Origin: an uncultured Phycisphaerales bacterium
GTDB lineage: Bacteria > Planctomycetota > Phycisphaerae > Tepidisphaerales > Tepidisphaeraceae
Direction: 5' to 3'
Length of the DNA: 64,000 bases
NCBI GenBank assembly: GCA_963755915.1
Contig: CAVWLP010000002.1
Location: 4,160,001 to 4,224,000, forward strand
Both the position numbers and the translations under genes were made by a program. Each line of letters starts with the position of its first letter. Positions within the stretch are counted from its first letter, which is position 1. The notes beneath the pieces are model-generated. The model saw nothing but the letters and a program-made list of their open reading frames with translations, made no database searches and had not been told where the DNA came from. Of this stretch, positions 30,009-42,111 are shown piece after piece.

Positions 30009-32368
30009 TCACAGCATCGCCACCGGATCCACATCGACCGCCACGGCTTCCGCTTTGCCGAATCCCCCCGCCGCCCGGACGGCCGCCAGGACCGCCTGCA
30101 GCGGCTCGGGACGCTGGCTTTGCAGCAAAATCTGATGACGATAAAACCCGGCAATCCGTCCGATCACGCACGGATTTGGACCGCGCATCGTGACCGCGGA
30201 ATTTTGCGCAATCGCAGCGGTAATCTTCTCGGCCAGCTCCTGCCCGATCTTGTGCAGCTCATTAACGTCCTGATGCCGCAGGATTATCCGCGCCATCCGC
30301 GAATGGGGCGGCAAACCGACCTCCTTGCGGCCCGCAAGTTCATCGCGCGCAAAAGCCGCGTAATCCTGCCGAAGCGCCGTTCGGATCGTCGGATCGTCCG
30401 GCAGAAATGTCTGCACGACCACCCGCCCCGCCGCATCTCCCCTGCCGGCCCGGCCGGCCACCTGCGTGATGAGCTGAAACGTCCGCTCCGCCGCACGGAA
30501 ATCCGGCAGCGCCAGCGCCGTGTCCCCGCTGATCACGCCTACCAGCGTCACGTTCGGAAAATCCAGCCCCTTGGCGATCATCTGCGTCCCCAAAATCACG
30601 TTCAGCTCGCCGCGCGCGAATCGGCTCAGCGTGGCTTCGTAATCCTTGAACGTCCGCATCGAATCGCTGTCCACCCGCGCGAATTTGATCTCCGGCATCT
30701 TCCGCGCCAGCTCCTCTTCCACCCGCTGCGTCCCCAGCCCAAATAAGCTCAGCTTTTTCCCGCAAATCGGACACTGATCCGGCAGCACCTGCGTCGCCAG
30801 GCAGTAGTGGCACAGCATCTGCCCCGTGTGAACCGCCTTCGCGCTCGCGGCCGAGCCAACGTGCTGGTCGACCGAGCGGTGATACGTCATCGTCGTGTCG
30901 CAATATTTGCACTTGATCGGCTCCCCGCACGAGGAGCAGAAGACGAAATTCGAATACCCCCGGCGATTCAGCAGCAAAATCGCCTGCCGCCCGGCGGAGA
31001 TGGTCGTCTGCAGCAGATGTTCCAGCCGCTGCGAAATCAGGTGTACGCCCCGGCGCATTTTGCGCTCGCGGTGCATGTCCACTAACTCCGTCGCCGCCAG
31101 GGCCAGCCCGCGCACCCGGTTCGGCAACGAAAGATAATGATTTCGACCGCCCACGGCTTCGTGCTCCCCACGATTCTCCCCATGACAAAGCCGGTAAATC
31201 TCCAGCGACGGCGTAGCGCTGCCCAGCACAATTGGCACATTTTCAATCTGCGCCGCTTGATCGCCACGTCGCGCGCGTGATAGCGCGGCGCGAGCTCCTG
31301 CTTATAGCTTGAATCATGCTCCTCATCGACAACGATCACGCCGAGCTTTTGCATCGGGGCAAACACCGCCGACCGCGCCCCCACCACCACATCCGCCCCG
31401 CCGTCGCTGATCTGCTGCCAATATCGATGCCGCTCCGTCGCCGTCAGCCCGCTGTGCAGCACCGCCACGTGCTTGAACCTCGCCTTAAACCGCAAAACCG
31501 TCTGCGGCGTCAGCGCGATCTCCGGAACCAGCACCAGGGCCCGCCTGCCCGATTTAATCACCTCGGCGATGAGCTGAAGATAAACCTCAGTCTTCCCGCT
31601 TCCCGTCACCCCATGCAGCAGATTAACGCTGAACCCCCCCGCCGCCACGCGCGGCGAAAGCTCTTCGAAAACCTTCCGCTGATCCTCGTTCAGCTCGATT
31701 TGCTTCTCATCCGCCGCCCCTTCGGCAATGCCGCCGGTCATCTTCGGCAAATCGATTTCCGACTTGATCGTTACGATCCCCAGCCCCACCAGTTTCCGCA
31801 CCGTCGGCGCTTTCACGCCCGCTTCCCCGGCCAGGCGATTCAGCTCGATCCCCTTCCCCTTTTCCACCTGCAGCATCCGCGCCATCACCGCCCGCCGCTT
31901 GCGTGATCGCGTCTTCTCCAAAATCTCCTGGATCTTCTCCGGCTCCTGCGCCAGCCGGACGATCGAGCTGTATCCGATGCCGATCTTCTTCTTCACCGCC
32001 GCCGGAATCACGCTCTCCAGCACCGCCCCCAGCGGCGCGCAGTAATACCGCCCGATCCACCGCGCCAGTTCCATCACCGCGGGAGCGATCAGAATGCGCT
32101 CATCATCAACGGCCAGCAAATTTTTAAGCCTCGGCAGCTCGCTCTTATCGCGCAGACCCGCCACCCATCCGCGCACCGCCCGATTGCCGCGTCCCAGCGG
32201 AATCCGCACCCGCATCCCGGCATGGACCCGTCCCACCAATCGCTTTGGAATCGCATAATCCAAAACCCGATCCAGCCCCTGCTCGAGCACGACCTGCGCC
32301 ACCGGCCCATCAACCGATTGGACCTCGGGCGGTTCAAGCTGCGGAAATAGCGTCGCCGATTCGCTCAA
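30009..32368 (-). CDS. priA: Primosomal protein N' (frameshift near 31250)
   Basis: GVTGSGKT, DEEH, SATPS, zinc-binding CxxC pairs, GTQMIAKGLDFPNV, QVAGRAGR, VDVDP. Confidence 0.95.
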
Positions 32369-32476
32369 TTTTCTCTCTCGTGCTTTGTGACTTTAGTCCT
32401 CGATGGCGTGTTAGGCAAATGTTCGCATCGCATCCGTCGAGACATTTCCCCTCTTGCCAGATAAACTTGCCCGCTT

Positions 32477-33373
32477 ATGACCGATTCAACCACGCTTCAC
32501 CTCGACGACCGCCCTTTCAACCGCTGGGTCCTCACTCTCTGGACGCCTCACGGCGTGCGCGCCCGCGTGGCCATCGCCCTGGCCCTGATCGCCAATTGCC
32601 TGATCTTTTATTTCGCCTCCCGCTGGTTTGGGTTTCCCGTGCTTCCGGGATTCGATGGCAGCATCTTCTGCCAGCCTTCGCCTATCACCGCCTTTCTGCT
32701 GGTCGCGATCCTTCTGGCCATCGGCGCGTTCGTCGGCACCTTCATCGCCGGCGCAGTGCGCTTCGAGGCCGGGCTTTTCGCCGCCTGCTTTGCCATGACC
32801 ATCCTCTCCCAGCGCTGCGGAAACATGCAGGAAGTGCTTTTCGAAGCCGGCGGCGATTCATCGGTTTTTTACCGGCTGGCCGCTGAACTCCTCGTCCTGG
32901 GCCTTCTCCTCGCCGCGATCTGGGCCGGTCTATGGGCGATGGCCAAGGCCGCCCATTCTGAGGCGCCTCCGCCTCCGGCTGTCGGCTCCACGCTTGTGAA
33001 CAACCTCACCGCCACGATCGCCCAGACCGTCGCCACCGCGATCATCGTCTTCGTCCTCTGCCAGGCCCCGGCAAAAAATCAGGTCCAGGCGTCGATCGGC
33101 ATCGCCTCCTGGCTCGGCGCAATGATCGCCTACAAATACGCCCCCGCCCGGCCCAGCTTCTGGTTCTGGATCGGGCCAATTCTCGTCGGGCTCATCGGAT
33201 ACATCCTCGCCGCCGCCGGGCAGGATTCGACCCTCCAGATCGGCGTCCCCACCGGCCCCTACGCCCCATTCGCGCGGCCGCTGCCGCTGGATTATGCCGG
33301 CATCGGCGTCGCCGCCGCGATCCTTGGCTACTGGATGATGCGCAAGGCCGACATCGGCGTTGGCGTGAGTTGA
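32477..33373 (+). CDS. Multi-pass membrane hypothetical protein
   Basis: 298 aa with many hydrophobic segments and host-like codon use. Confidence 0.7.
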   Translation: MTDSTTLHLDDRPFNRWVLTLWTPHGVRARVAIALALIANCLIFYFASRWFGFPVLPGFDGSIFCQPSPITAFLLVAILLAIGAFVGTFIAGAVRFEAGLFAACFAMTILSQRCGNMQEVLFEAGGDSSVFYRLAAELLVLGLLLAAIWAGLWAMAKAAHSEAPPPPAVGSTLVNNLTATIAQTVATAIIVFVLCQAPAKNQVQASIGIASWLGAMIAYKYAPARPSFWFWIGPILVGLIGYILAAAGQDSTLQIGVPTGPYAPFARPLPLDYAGIGVAAAILGYWMMRKADIGVGVS

Positions 33374-33377
33374 ACCG

Positions 33378-34019
33378 CTATCCCAAAACCATAAACATCG
33401 TAAACATCGCCAGCCACACCACGTCCAGAAAATGCCAGTATCTGGCCACGAACTGCACCCCCAGGAAATTCTCGTGGTCGTACTTCCCCCCGCGCATCCT
33501 CGCCGTCACGACCGCCAGCGCCACAATCCCCCCCAGCACGTGAAGCGCGTGCACCAGGATCAGCACGAACACCAGCCCATACGCCGACACCGGCGCGAAT
33601 TGCCCCGGCGACTTTCCCGCCGCCGATTGCTCCGCCAGCGCCTCGTGCTGCTGAAGAATCGTCGCCATGCAGGGCGACTGAACCGCGAGGAAGAGCACCG
33701 CGATCACGCACGTCACATAGAGGAATTTCAGGCACAGGTCCTGCTTCTCCCGCCGGATTGCGACCACCGCGCGATGGATCGTAAAGCTTCCCGCCAGGAG
33801 CACAGCCGTGCTCAGCCACGTCAGGTAGGGGAGGTGGATTTCGGCGTTTGAAAGCTGGTTTCCAAAAAAATGCAGCCGCAGCAGGATGTACAGCCACATG
33901 CTGGCGATAAAGAGCATCGCCAGCGCGGCCAGAACCAGCCACAATCCGATCGCGGATGCGCGGGGCGGAGGGCGAAAACCACCTTTGGAGTTGAAGGTCA
34001 CAAGAAATCCGCCGGACAC
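33378..34019 (-). CDS. Cytochrome c oxidase subunit III-like protein (second paralog)
   Basis: STAVLLAGS, HALHVLGG, YWHFLDVVW. Confidence 0.88.
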   Translation of the reverse strand: MSGGFLVTFNSKGGFRPPPRASAIGLWLVLAALAMLFIASMWLYILLRLHFFGNQLSNAEIHLPYLTWLSTAVLLAGSFTIHRAVVAIRREKQDLCLKFLYVTCVIAVLFLAVQSPCMATILQQHEALAEQSAAGKSPGQFAPVSAYGLVFVLILVHALHVLGGIVALAVVTARMRGGKYDHENFLGVQFVARYWHFLDVVWLAMFTMFMVLG

Positions 34020-34037
34020 CCCGCAAAGCGTGTCGTG

Positions 34038-34421
34038 CTATGGCGCTTTCACCGCCATCGGCGTCGGTTTCAACTGCGGCTGGTAGGAATTCGAATCCAG
34101 CAGCGCCAGCCCGATGAACAGGGCCACAAAAAACAGCGCCGAAACCAGGGCCAATCCGTTAAACGGGCTGTCCCATCGCAAATGCATGAAATAAAGGCAG
34201 ACCAGACTCCCCTTGATCACCGCGATCAGCAGCGCCACCCAGATATTCGCCTGCCCCAGGTCGACAAATGACACCGCGACGGTGATGACCGTACAGATGA
34301 TCAGCACCGAATAGACCGCCAGGAGTATCCGCCGGGGCACGGCGTGAACGCCGTGCGGCGCTTCGGGACCGACATCGTCCGCGACCGGGGCGGGAACATC
34401 ATGTGAATGTGGCAGGCTCAT
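34038..34421 (-). CDS. Cytochrome c oxidase subunit IV (caa3-type)
   Basis: IAVIKGSLVCLYFMHLRWD motif. Confidence 0.88.
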   Translation of the reverse strand: MSLPHSHDVPAPVADDVGPEAPHGVHAVPRRILLAVYSVLIICTVITVAVSFVDLGQANIWVALLIAVIKGSLVCLYFMHLRWDSPFNGLALVSALFFVALFIGLALLDSNSYQPQLKPTPMAVKAP

Positions 34422-34431
34422 AAATCGTCCA

Positions 34432-35379
34432 TCAGTGAATCAAGTAAAGCAGCGGAAAGAGGAATATCCAGATCAGATCGACCAGGTGCCAGTAAAGTCC
34501 GACCAGATCGACCGGCGTAAAATATTCCGAGCTGAATTCATTTCGCAGCGAACGGATCAGGATCCAGGTAATCAGCCCCATCCCCACCAGCACGTGGATC
34601 CCGTGCAGGCCGGTCATCAGAAAGTAGCAACTGAAGAAGGTGTTCACCCGCCACTGGTCGGAATCGGAAAGCTCGCGATAGCGCTCCTCGCGCAGCTCCT
34701 CGGGCGAAAGCTTTGGCTCCTCCGACTCGCTCGCCGAGGTTCCCTGGACGATCGTCTGGCTCAAATCGAAGTTATACCTCGGCCTGATCTGGCTGATGTC
34801 CACGCCGATATTCGCGTCTGTCAGGGTCGGATCGGGCCGGGTGCTGGGAATCGCAATCTGCACCGCCGGCATCGTCGCCGGCTGGGCCGGAGGCGCTTCG
34901 CTGTAAGGATGCGTAAACTCCCCGTTATACATGTTCCATTTGCCCACCCAGACGTTCTCCTGCAACTTCGCGGTGTATTCGATCGACTTGACGATCATGA
35001 ACCCCAGCCGCCCCAGCAGCGTCATGGACAGGCATGCGATCAGGAGTTTCCTTTGGTTGAGCTGGGCCGCCCGCACGCCCCAGGCCATCGTCAAGCTGCT
35101 GGTGATGAGGATGATCGTGTTCAGCGTCCCCCACTTGGTGTTCAGATACGATTCCGCCGCGAATTTAAAGACCAGCGGATGATTGTGCCGGTAGATTGAG
35201 TACACGCAGAACAATCCCCCGAACATCAGGATTTCCGTCCCCAGAAACACCCACATCCCCAGCTTGGCCGAGGTAAACTGCTGCTCCGGCGTATCGAAGT
35301 GATGCGCCAGGTGCGGATCGTGGTGGGCGTGTCCGTGTCCGCCGGCCGAAGGTTGAGATGCTGTCGATGCTGTGCTCAT
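34432..35379 (-). CDS. ctaE: Cytochrome c oxidase subunit III
   Basis: GMWVFLGTEILMFGGLF, MTGLHGIHV, GLYWHLVDLIWIFLFPLLY. Confidence 0.9.
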   Translation of the reverse strand: MSTASTASQPSAGGHGHAHHDPHLAHHFDTPEQQFTSAKLGMWVFLGTEILMFGGLFCVYSIYRHNHPLVFKFAAESYLNTKWGTLNTIILITSSLTMAWGVRAAQLNQRKLLIACLSMTLLGRLGFMIVKSIEYTAKLQENVWVGKWNMYNGEFTHPYSEAPPAQPATMPAVQIAIPSTRPDPTLTDANIGVDISQIRPRYNFDLSQTIVQGTSASESEEPKLSPEELREERYRELSDSDQWRVNTFFSCYFLMTGLHGIHVLVGMGLITWILIRSLRNEFSSEYFTPVDLVGLYWHLVDLIWIFLFPLLYLIH

Positions 35380-35397
35380 TCCTTTTCGCTTCTCCCC

Positions 35398-37170
35398 TTA
35401 ATAATGAATCGGCCGGGTCCGGTCCGACGCACGCGCCAGTTCCGGCGTCGTGCGCGGCACCCAGTTCTCCGTGGCCGCGTCATATTCCCACGCCGCAAGG
35501 TTATACGGATCATCCGCAACCGGCGGCAACCGGGAAATTATCGTGCGGCGGCGGCGAGGACGTATGCCATTCCAGCGTGTTCCCGCCCCACGGATTCGAC
35601 GGCGCTTTCTTGCCCCACTTCAGCGCGTGCATCCAGTTGAACAAAACCGTGAACAGCGAAATCGCCATGATATAGGCGCCGACGGTCGAGATATCGTGAT
35701 AGATCTGGAACTGCGCCGGATACGTCGCCCAGCGTCGCGGCGAGCCGTGCGCCCCCATCACAAACTGCGGGAAGAACGTCACGTTGAACCCGATGAACAG
35801 CATAATCGCCGCCGCCCGGCCCCAGAACTGGTTGGTCATCTTCCCGAACATCTTCGGGAACCAGTGATACATCCCGGCAAGGAACGCGAAGACCATGCTC
35901 CCCACCATCACGTAGTGGAAGTGGGCGATCACGAAATAAGTGTCATGCAGCGGCACGTCCGTCTGAAGAGCGCCGAGGAATAATCCCGTAAGCCCCCCCA
36001 CCGTGAAGAGAAGAATGAACCCCATCGCAAAAAGCATCGCCGGCGTGAAACGGATCGACCCGCGATAAAGCGTCCCCAGCCAGTTAAACACCTTCACGGC
36101 CGATGGAATCGCGACGCTGAAAGTCAGCAGGCTGAAGATCGAATCGGCCAGGTTCGACTGGCCGGCGACGAACAGATGGTGGCCCCAGACCAGGAAGCCC
36201 AGCAGCGCCAGAGCGATCGAGCTGATGGCAATGAAGCTGTATCCGAAAATGTGCTTGCGGCTGTGGACCGAAATCACTTCGCTGATGACGCCCATACCCG
36301 GCAGGATCATGATGTAAACCGCCGGGTGGGAATAAAACCAGAAGAAGTGCTGGAACAGCACGGGATCGCCGCCGAGCGAGGAATCGAAAATTCCCACGTG
36401 CAGCAATCGCTCGCAAACCAGCAGCAAAAGCGTAATCGCCAGCACCGGCGTCGCGAGGATCTGGATGATACTGGTCGCATAGAGTGCCCAGAGAAAAAGC
36501 GGCATGCGGAACCACGTCATCCCGCGCGGGCGAAGAGTGTGGATCGAGGCAATGAAGTTCACGCCGGTCAGAATTGAGCTGAAGCCCAGAATAAATGCGC
36601 CCAGGACGCCGGCCACCATTCCGTCCTCCGCCTTGGAGGTGCTGAAAGGAGTATAAAAGGTCCATCCGGTATCCAGGCCGTAGCCGAACGGAAGATGAAT
36701 GCCCCACAAAACTCTTAAGAATTCCGCCGAATAATACCCAAAGGAAGAAGCATGCCCCCGCCACGTAAATGTAAAAGCTCAGCAGGTTGAGCCTTGGAAA
36801 TGCCACGTCCTTGGCCCCAAGCATCAGGGGCAAAATCAAATTCCCGAGTATTGCCGGGACCGCGGGAATGATGAACATGAAGACCATCACCGTCCCGTGC
36901 AAGCTAAACATATTGTTGTAAAACAGCTTTGCCTTTGCATCGCTGGCGGGATCGCTTCCAAACATCCAGTGGTTCGGCGTCAGCAGTGAAGTGCGTAGAA
37001 GCACCGCAAACATCCCCCCAATGCAAAAATGCCGTGAGCACCGCCCCCATGTACATCAGCCCGATGCGTTTGTGATCGAGCGTAAACAGCCACGACTTCA
37101 ACCCCCGATCGTGCGTCAGATAGTTATCTGGCTGCGAATCTCCATGCGATACTTCATGTGCTAGCGACAT
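35398..37170 (-). CDS. ctaD: Cytochrome c oxidase subunit I, type A2 (frameshifted)
   Basis: [39 protein letters not shown] (YS motif of A2 oxidases), [17 protein letters not shown]. Confidence 0.93.
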
Positions 37171-37188
37171 ACGACACTCCCGGGCGTG

Positions 37189-38226
37189 CTATGGTTTGGC
37201 CGCCCCACCACTCGGTTTGGTTGCCGGTGAACTCGCCGACAAAACCGCCGGGTGATAATACTTACTAATCGACTTTATGTACGCGATGATGTCCTTCACA
37301 TCTTTTTCCTGCAAGAGCCCATCCGTGGGCGGCATGATCGGATTGAAGCCCGCAATCGGATGGATATTCGGGTGCGTGATCACCGTGTGCAGGTAGTTCT
37401 CGTCAGCGGTGTAGGTGCCGTCGAGGGCCACGACGGTACTCATGTACAAATCCTTCCACGTCGGCGCCTTGCCTGTCGCCGCTCCGTCGACACTGTGGCA
37501 CTGCTGGCAACCGCGCGTCTCCCACAAATAATGCCCGCGCTCCACCGGCGGCAACCCGCCTCCGCCGAGCTTGCCCAGCCAATCCACAAATTCCGCTCGC
37601 GACTGAACCACCACATGGTTCCGCATCGATGAATGGTCCTGCCCACAATATTGCGTGCAGTAAACGTCAAACGTGCCCAGCATCGTCGCCTGAACCCAGA
37701 TCTTGTTATACCGCCCCGGAACCACGTCCTTCTTGATCCGGAAGATCGGCATGTAAAAACCGTGCAGCACGTCGTCGCTGGATAATACGAACACCACCGG
37801 CGTGTTGACCGGAATGTGCAGCTCGTTCGACTGCTCCCCATTGGGATACCGGAACGTGTACGACCACATCCGCGCCGTCACATCCACTTCATACGAATCC
37901 GGCGGCGGAACCGCCAGCGCCAGGTATCCCTTGAACCCATAAAAGAAAATCACGATGACGATCAGCGTGGGAATAAACGTCCACGTCAGCTCAAGGGCCG
38001 TGTTGTGCTTGGGCGCATCCAGCATCGGCTGGCCTTCGCGATAGCGATATTTCCACGCAAAGCCCACCAGAAGCACAAGGATCAGCATGAAAAAGAAGAC
38101 GCAGATCCAGTAAATGAAGAAGAAGAGCCAGTCAACGCTGGCGGCGTTGGTCGACCCTTGCGGCGGCATCCAGAATCCGCCCCAGGTGTTGTCGTCAGCG
38201 AGAATGTTCAACAACATTGCGCTCAT
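37189..38226 (-). CDS. ctaC: Cytochrome c oxidase subunit II with fused cytochrome c
   Basis: DVLHGF, CuA motif CTQYCGQDHSSM, heme motif CQQCH. Confidence 0.93.
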   Translation of the reverse strand: MSAMLLNILADDNTWGGFWMPPQGSTNAASVDWLFFFIYWICVFFFMLILVLLVGFAWKYRYREGQPMLDAPKHNTALELTWTFIPTLIVIVIFFYGFKGYLALAVPPPDSYEVDVTARMWSYTFRYPNGEQSNELHIPVNTPVVFVLSSDDVLHGFYMPIFRIKKDVVPGRYNKIWVQATMLGTFDVYCTQYCGQDHSSMRNHVVVQSRAEFVDWLGKLGGGGLPPVERGHYLWETRGCQQCHSVDGAATGKAPTWKDLYMSTVVALDGTYTADENYLHTVITHPNIHPIAGFNPIMPPTDGLLQEKDVKDIIAYIKSISKYYHPAVLSASSPATKPSGGAAKP

Positions 38227-39098
38227 CAGGCCGTTCCCTCTTCTGGCTTTTGCCGCGCCTTCGCTTCCAGCATGTGCGCATGAACGTTGCGCTTGGACAT
38301 CCAGAAAATCGCGCCGCCCAAAATCATCACCGTCAGGACTCCACCCACTCGCATTGAATTCATCGCCACCATCGAATATTTCCCCGCCTTCGGATCCCAA
38401 CTGCAGCAGATCAGTAGGATCTGGTCCATGGTCGTCCCGATCTGCTCGTGCGATGCCTCCACCAGCGACAGCCGCAGCGTGAGCGGCGCAAACGTCACTC
38501 CATAGAGGTATCGGGAAATCTTCCCCTCCGGCGTAATGACCATGATCACTGCCGGGTGGGAAAATTGTCCGTTATTCATCGTCTGATAGCGAAAGCCCAC
38601 TGTCGTTGCCAGTACGCCGATCTCGTTGGGCTTGCCGATAAGAAGGTGAAACCCGGAGGCTGCCTGCGGTTTGCCGTAGGCGGTGATGTAGCTGTTGCGC
38701 TTGAGGGTCGCGAGGGCCGGTGTGTCCGTCGGGTCGATGCTCACGAATGTAAAATCCCAATCTTTGCCGATTTCCAGATCGATTTTCTGTGCCGACTCAA
38801 CCACGCTGCGCGAAACCGCGTCGCAGAGCATCGGGCAGTCGAGGTATCCCAACTGCAAAACCATCGGATGCCCGGGGCGGAGAATCTTGCCGAGCGTTAT
38901 ATATTGCCCGTTTTCGTCATAAAAGCGTGCGTCCAGCGGGAGCTGCGAATTGAGGTGCTCGTCGACACCGACGTTGCGGTAGACCGCCGGAAGCTGCGTG
39001 CCCGCCGCCGCGCTCGGTACATCATCCGCACGCGCACCACCGCACAAGGCCGTCATCACAGCGGCCATCGCCAGCGAAATTGTCAGCATCGTTTTCAT
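38226..39098 (-). CDS. SCO family copper chaperone
   Basis: CPMLC (CxxxC) and FSHPA; signal peptide and C-terminal TM. Confidence 0.9.
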   Translation of the reverse strand: MKTMLTISLAMAAVMTALCGGARADDVPSAAAGTQLPAVYRNVGVDEHLNSQLPLDARFYDENGQYITLGKILRPGHPMVLQLGYLDCPMLCDAVSRSVVESAQKIDLEIGKDWDFTFVSIDPTDTPALATLKRNSYITAYGKPQAASGFHLLIGKPNEIGVLATTVGFRYQTMNNGQFSHPAVIMVITPEGKISRYLYGVTFAPLTLRLSLVEASHEQIGTTMDQILLICCSWDPKAGKYSMVAMNSMRVGGVLTVMILGGAIFWMSKRNVHAHMLEAKARQKPEEGTA

Positions 39099-39099
39099 G

Positions 39100-39426
39100 C
39101 TACGGCAGATTCCCGCCATGCGATTCCAGGTATTCCATCGACACCTTGATCGGAATCGCCACTTTGTCCTTCTTGGTCGCATCCACCCAGTGCGGCTTGG
39201 CATCGAGGGCCAGCTTCTGTCCCTGCTGAAGCTGGGCCAGCGTCGTATCCGGCGCGTCGCCGTCCAAGGCTCTCTCGGCCGCCTCCTGGGACTTGACGGT
39301 AAATTCGTTCATCTCTTCGCTCTGATACCACGCCTGCATTCCGATCACGATCACCAGCACCATCAGTGCGGAGATGACTCCGATCGTGAGCAGCAGCGCC
39401 ACATTGACTTCCTGTTTGAACGCCAT
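39100..39426 (-). CDS. Small single-TM protein of the ACIII operon (ActG-like position)
   Basis: MAFKQEVNVALLL...IPIKVSMEYL between actF and SCO. Confidence 0.6.
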   Translation of the reverse strand: MAFKQEVNVALLLTIGVISALMVLVIVIGMQAWYQSEEMNEFTVKSQEAAERALDGDAPDTTLAQLQQGQKLALDAKPHWVDATKKDKVAIPIKVSMEYLESHGGNLP

Positions 39427-39436
39427 GTTCCAAATC

Positions 39437-40679
39437 CTAGAAGTTCTCGAACGCCAGCGAATCCGCCAGCCGCGGGTCGTGCGTCGGCCGCACCGGATTG
39501 TGCATCGCCCGCCGCAAAACAAACGCCATAAAAATCCCGCCCATGCCCAGCATCAGCGCAGAGTCGATGGTCAATCGATCCAAAATGCAATGTCCCGTTG
39601 TCATATTCCGGCATCACCAGCCAGAACATATCCAGCCAGCAAAACGCCAGGCACCACACCGCCCAGAACGATATCCCGGCTTGCTCCGCTTCACATGCCG
39701 CGAGAGCAATCCCGGGAACGGAATCAGAAAATGCCCCGTCAACAGCGACAGAACACACAGGAGAGAAATCGTTGGGCTGCAGCGTCGATGCTCCGTGCAA
39801 GAGAAACCAGCCGGTTTCGTCCGGAATATTTCCATACCACTGGAGCATGAACTGGCTGAACGCGATGTAGCCCCAGAAAAACGTAAACCCGAACATGAAT
39901 TTGCCGAGGTCGTGGTAATGTTCGGTCGTAACGCTCTCAACCAGCAATCCCTTGCTTTGCAGAATACCGCACGCTGAGCACCAGCGTCGAAAAGAGCGCC
40001 AGCGCGCTGCCGCCAAAATAATAAACCCCGAAAATCGTGCTGTACCACACCGGGTCGATCGACATGATCCAGTCCCAGGCGGCAAACGTCAGCGTCAGCC
40101 CAAAGAGCACCAGCCCAATCGGCGCCCGGTGCTGCATTTTGAGCGTCAGATTCATGTCGCCGGTGCTGTCCTGCAGGACCGACGTCTTCCAGTACCACAG
40201 CCCGTAAATCGTCCAGACCAGCGAAATAAATCACCGCGCGGATAACGAAGAATCCCGGCTGAAGCCACCACCCCTTGAACCCTGCGCCCGCCGACCATCC
40301 CGGAACCGCCCAGTGATAGAGCGACCCATGCCCCATCAGCAGCGACGCGAAGATCGGCAGCGAGAGCAGCGCCAAGAGCCACAGGCTCGATCCATACCAC
40401 TCGGCAATTCGCCGGACGCTGACGCTCCACCCGGCCTTGGTGACGTGCTGGAGCATCACGAAGAAGAGGCCGCCCAGCGCAATTGCCAGGTAAAACAGGA
40501 ACGCGACCAGTAGGAATAGAAAAATCGCTTGAAATTCATCCCCTTCGAAATATCCCAGCAGCACCGCCCCCGCCAGCCCGATTACTCCCAGGACCTGCGC
40601 CGCGAGGTAAAGCCCCCCGACATGTTGCCGAAGCTCCAGCTTCTCAGGGGCGGCGGAATTGTGAGTGTCCCGATTCCAA
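39437..40679 (-). CDS. actF: Alternative complex III subunit ActF (frameshifted)
   Basis: AGWSVSVRRIAE, DWIMSIDPVWYSTIFG, HDLGKFMFGF, WYGNIPDET, DPRLADSLAFENF. Confidence 0.85.
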
Positions 40680-40682
40680 GGT

Positions 40683-41508
40683 CTATTTTCCTTCCAATGT
40701 CTGCATGTCCTGCGGCGACAGAACCGAAGGCGGCACGCCGCCCTGGCTGAGCTGCAGCGCCCGCACATACGCCACGATCGCCCAACGGTCTTCCACCGGA
40801 ATCTGCGGGCCATAAGCCGGCATGGTCCGGATCCCGTTGGTGATCGTATTGAAAATCTTCCCGTCCGGCTCGGCGCGGATCACATCGCTGTAAAGCTGCG
40901 CCGCCGGTGTCCAGCTTACGCCGATCGGATGCTGCGGGTCGGTATCCATCGCCTTCAATTCCAGAGCCTTCTGGTTCACCGGGCCATGCCCCGAGCCGTC
41001 GTACCCGTGGCACGGGTAGCAATAAATATTGAACCGGTTCTGGCCCCGCTCGATCAGCCGGGACATCCGCTCCTTCGAATCCGAAAGTTGCTCCGGCAGC
41101 GACGTGACAAAGACCACCGTCCACTTGCCTGAGCCGTCGTTCTGCCGCACGAACCCGTGATAGTAATTGTCGTCCGTTTCCAGCGTGTGATACGCCACCG
41201 TCCCCGGAATGATCGGCCTCATCGCCCGGTCATCCGCGAACAGCGAAAACGATCATCTGCGTCCCGCAGCTTCGGCTGCTTGCCCATGTCCTGCAGAAGC
41301 TGAATACGCGGCTCCGCCGATGTGGTCACCCGCGCCGCGCGATGATCGCCAGCGGAAGCCACGTCGCCACCACCCCGATCAGCGCCATCGCCACCATCCA
41401 GAACGGCGGCCGCGGCAGACGCGGCGACGGCATCTCCACCGGCACGTAATACGTCGGGCCGTATTGCGGTTCGTCATCCGGCTCAGGATGTGACGCCTGC
41501 TCGCTCAT
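40683..41508 (-). CDS. actE: Alternative complex III monoheme cytochrome c ActE (frameshifted)
   Basis: FADDRAMRPIIPGTV, FNIYCYPCHG, TITNGIRTMPAY, DRWAIVAYVRALQ. Confidence 0.85.
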
Positions 41509-41511
41509 TCA

Positions 41512-42105
41512 CTAGTCCTCAATGCGCTCAACGGATGTCGCTCCGACCGATTTCAAAAACTCTTCCGTCTTCGTCTCATCAAACTTCGCATCGTCTTTGG
41601 AGATCCAGATGAAAAACCGGTCTTGCGTCACGCGCTGGAACTTCGCGCTCTTGAACATCGGATTGTAAAGCAGCGGCAGCCGGTTCAATCCCAGCATCCC
41701 AAACACCGCCGTCAGCGAAGCAAACAGGACCGTACACTCGAAAATAATCACAACGTTCGCCGCGAAGCTCCACATCGGCTTGCCGCTGACGATGAGCGGA
41801 TAGTCATACGCATTGCAAAACCACTGCAATCCCATGCCGGTCAGCAGCCCCGCCAATCCGCCTCCCAGCACCAGCCAGGGCAAAATCGTCGGCCGGATGC
41901 CGATCACCGCATCAATGCCGTGAATCGGGAAACGGGCTGTGGACGTCCCACACCTTGTAACCCGCCGCCCGCGTCTTCTGCGCCGCCGAAACCACGGTGG
42001 AAAGGTCCGTCGAATTCTCCCAGCATGCCCATCAAAACCGGGCCGGAATCCAGCACGCTCCTTGCGGCCGTGTGCGTCTTCAATTTCTGTCAGTTCGGTC
42101 GACAT
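41512..42105 (-). CDS. actD: Alternative complex III subunit ActD (DUF3341)
   Basis: FPIHGID, YPLIVSGKP, FECTVL, DRFFI. Confidence 0.85.
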   Translation of the reverse strand: MSTELTEIEDAHGRKERAGFRPGFDGHAGRIRRTFPPWFRRRRRRGRRVTRCGTSTARFPIHGIDAVIGIRPTILPWLVLGGGLAGLLTGMGLQWFCNAYDYPLIVSGKPMWSFAANVVIIFECTVLFASLTAVFGMLGLNRLPLLYNPMFKSAKFQRVTQDRFFIWISKDDAKFDETKTEEFLKSVGATSVERIED

Positions 42106-42111
42106 AAAACC

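Noticed and set aside
3700-32000. KOPS (GGGNAGGG) polarity as independent proof of dif
   Set aside because: Several correctly oriented copies exist, but so do counter-examples (about 7422, 19925, 20050), and base skew alone could explain the pattern.
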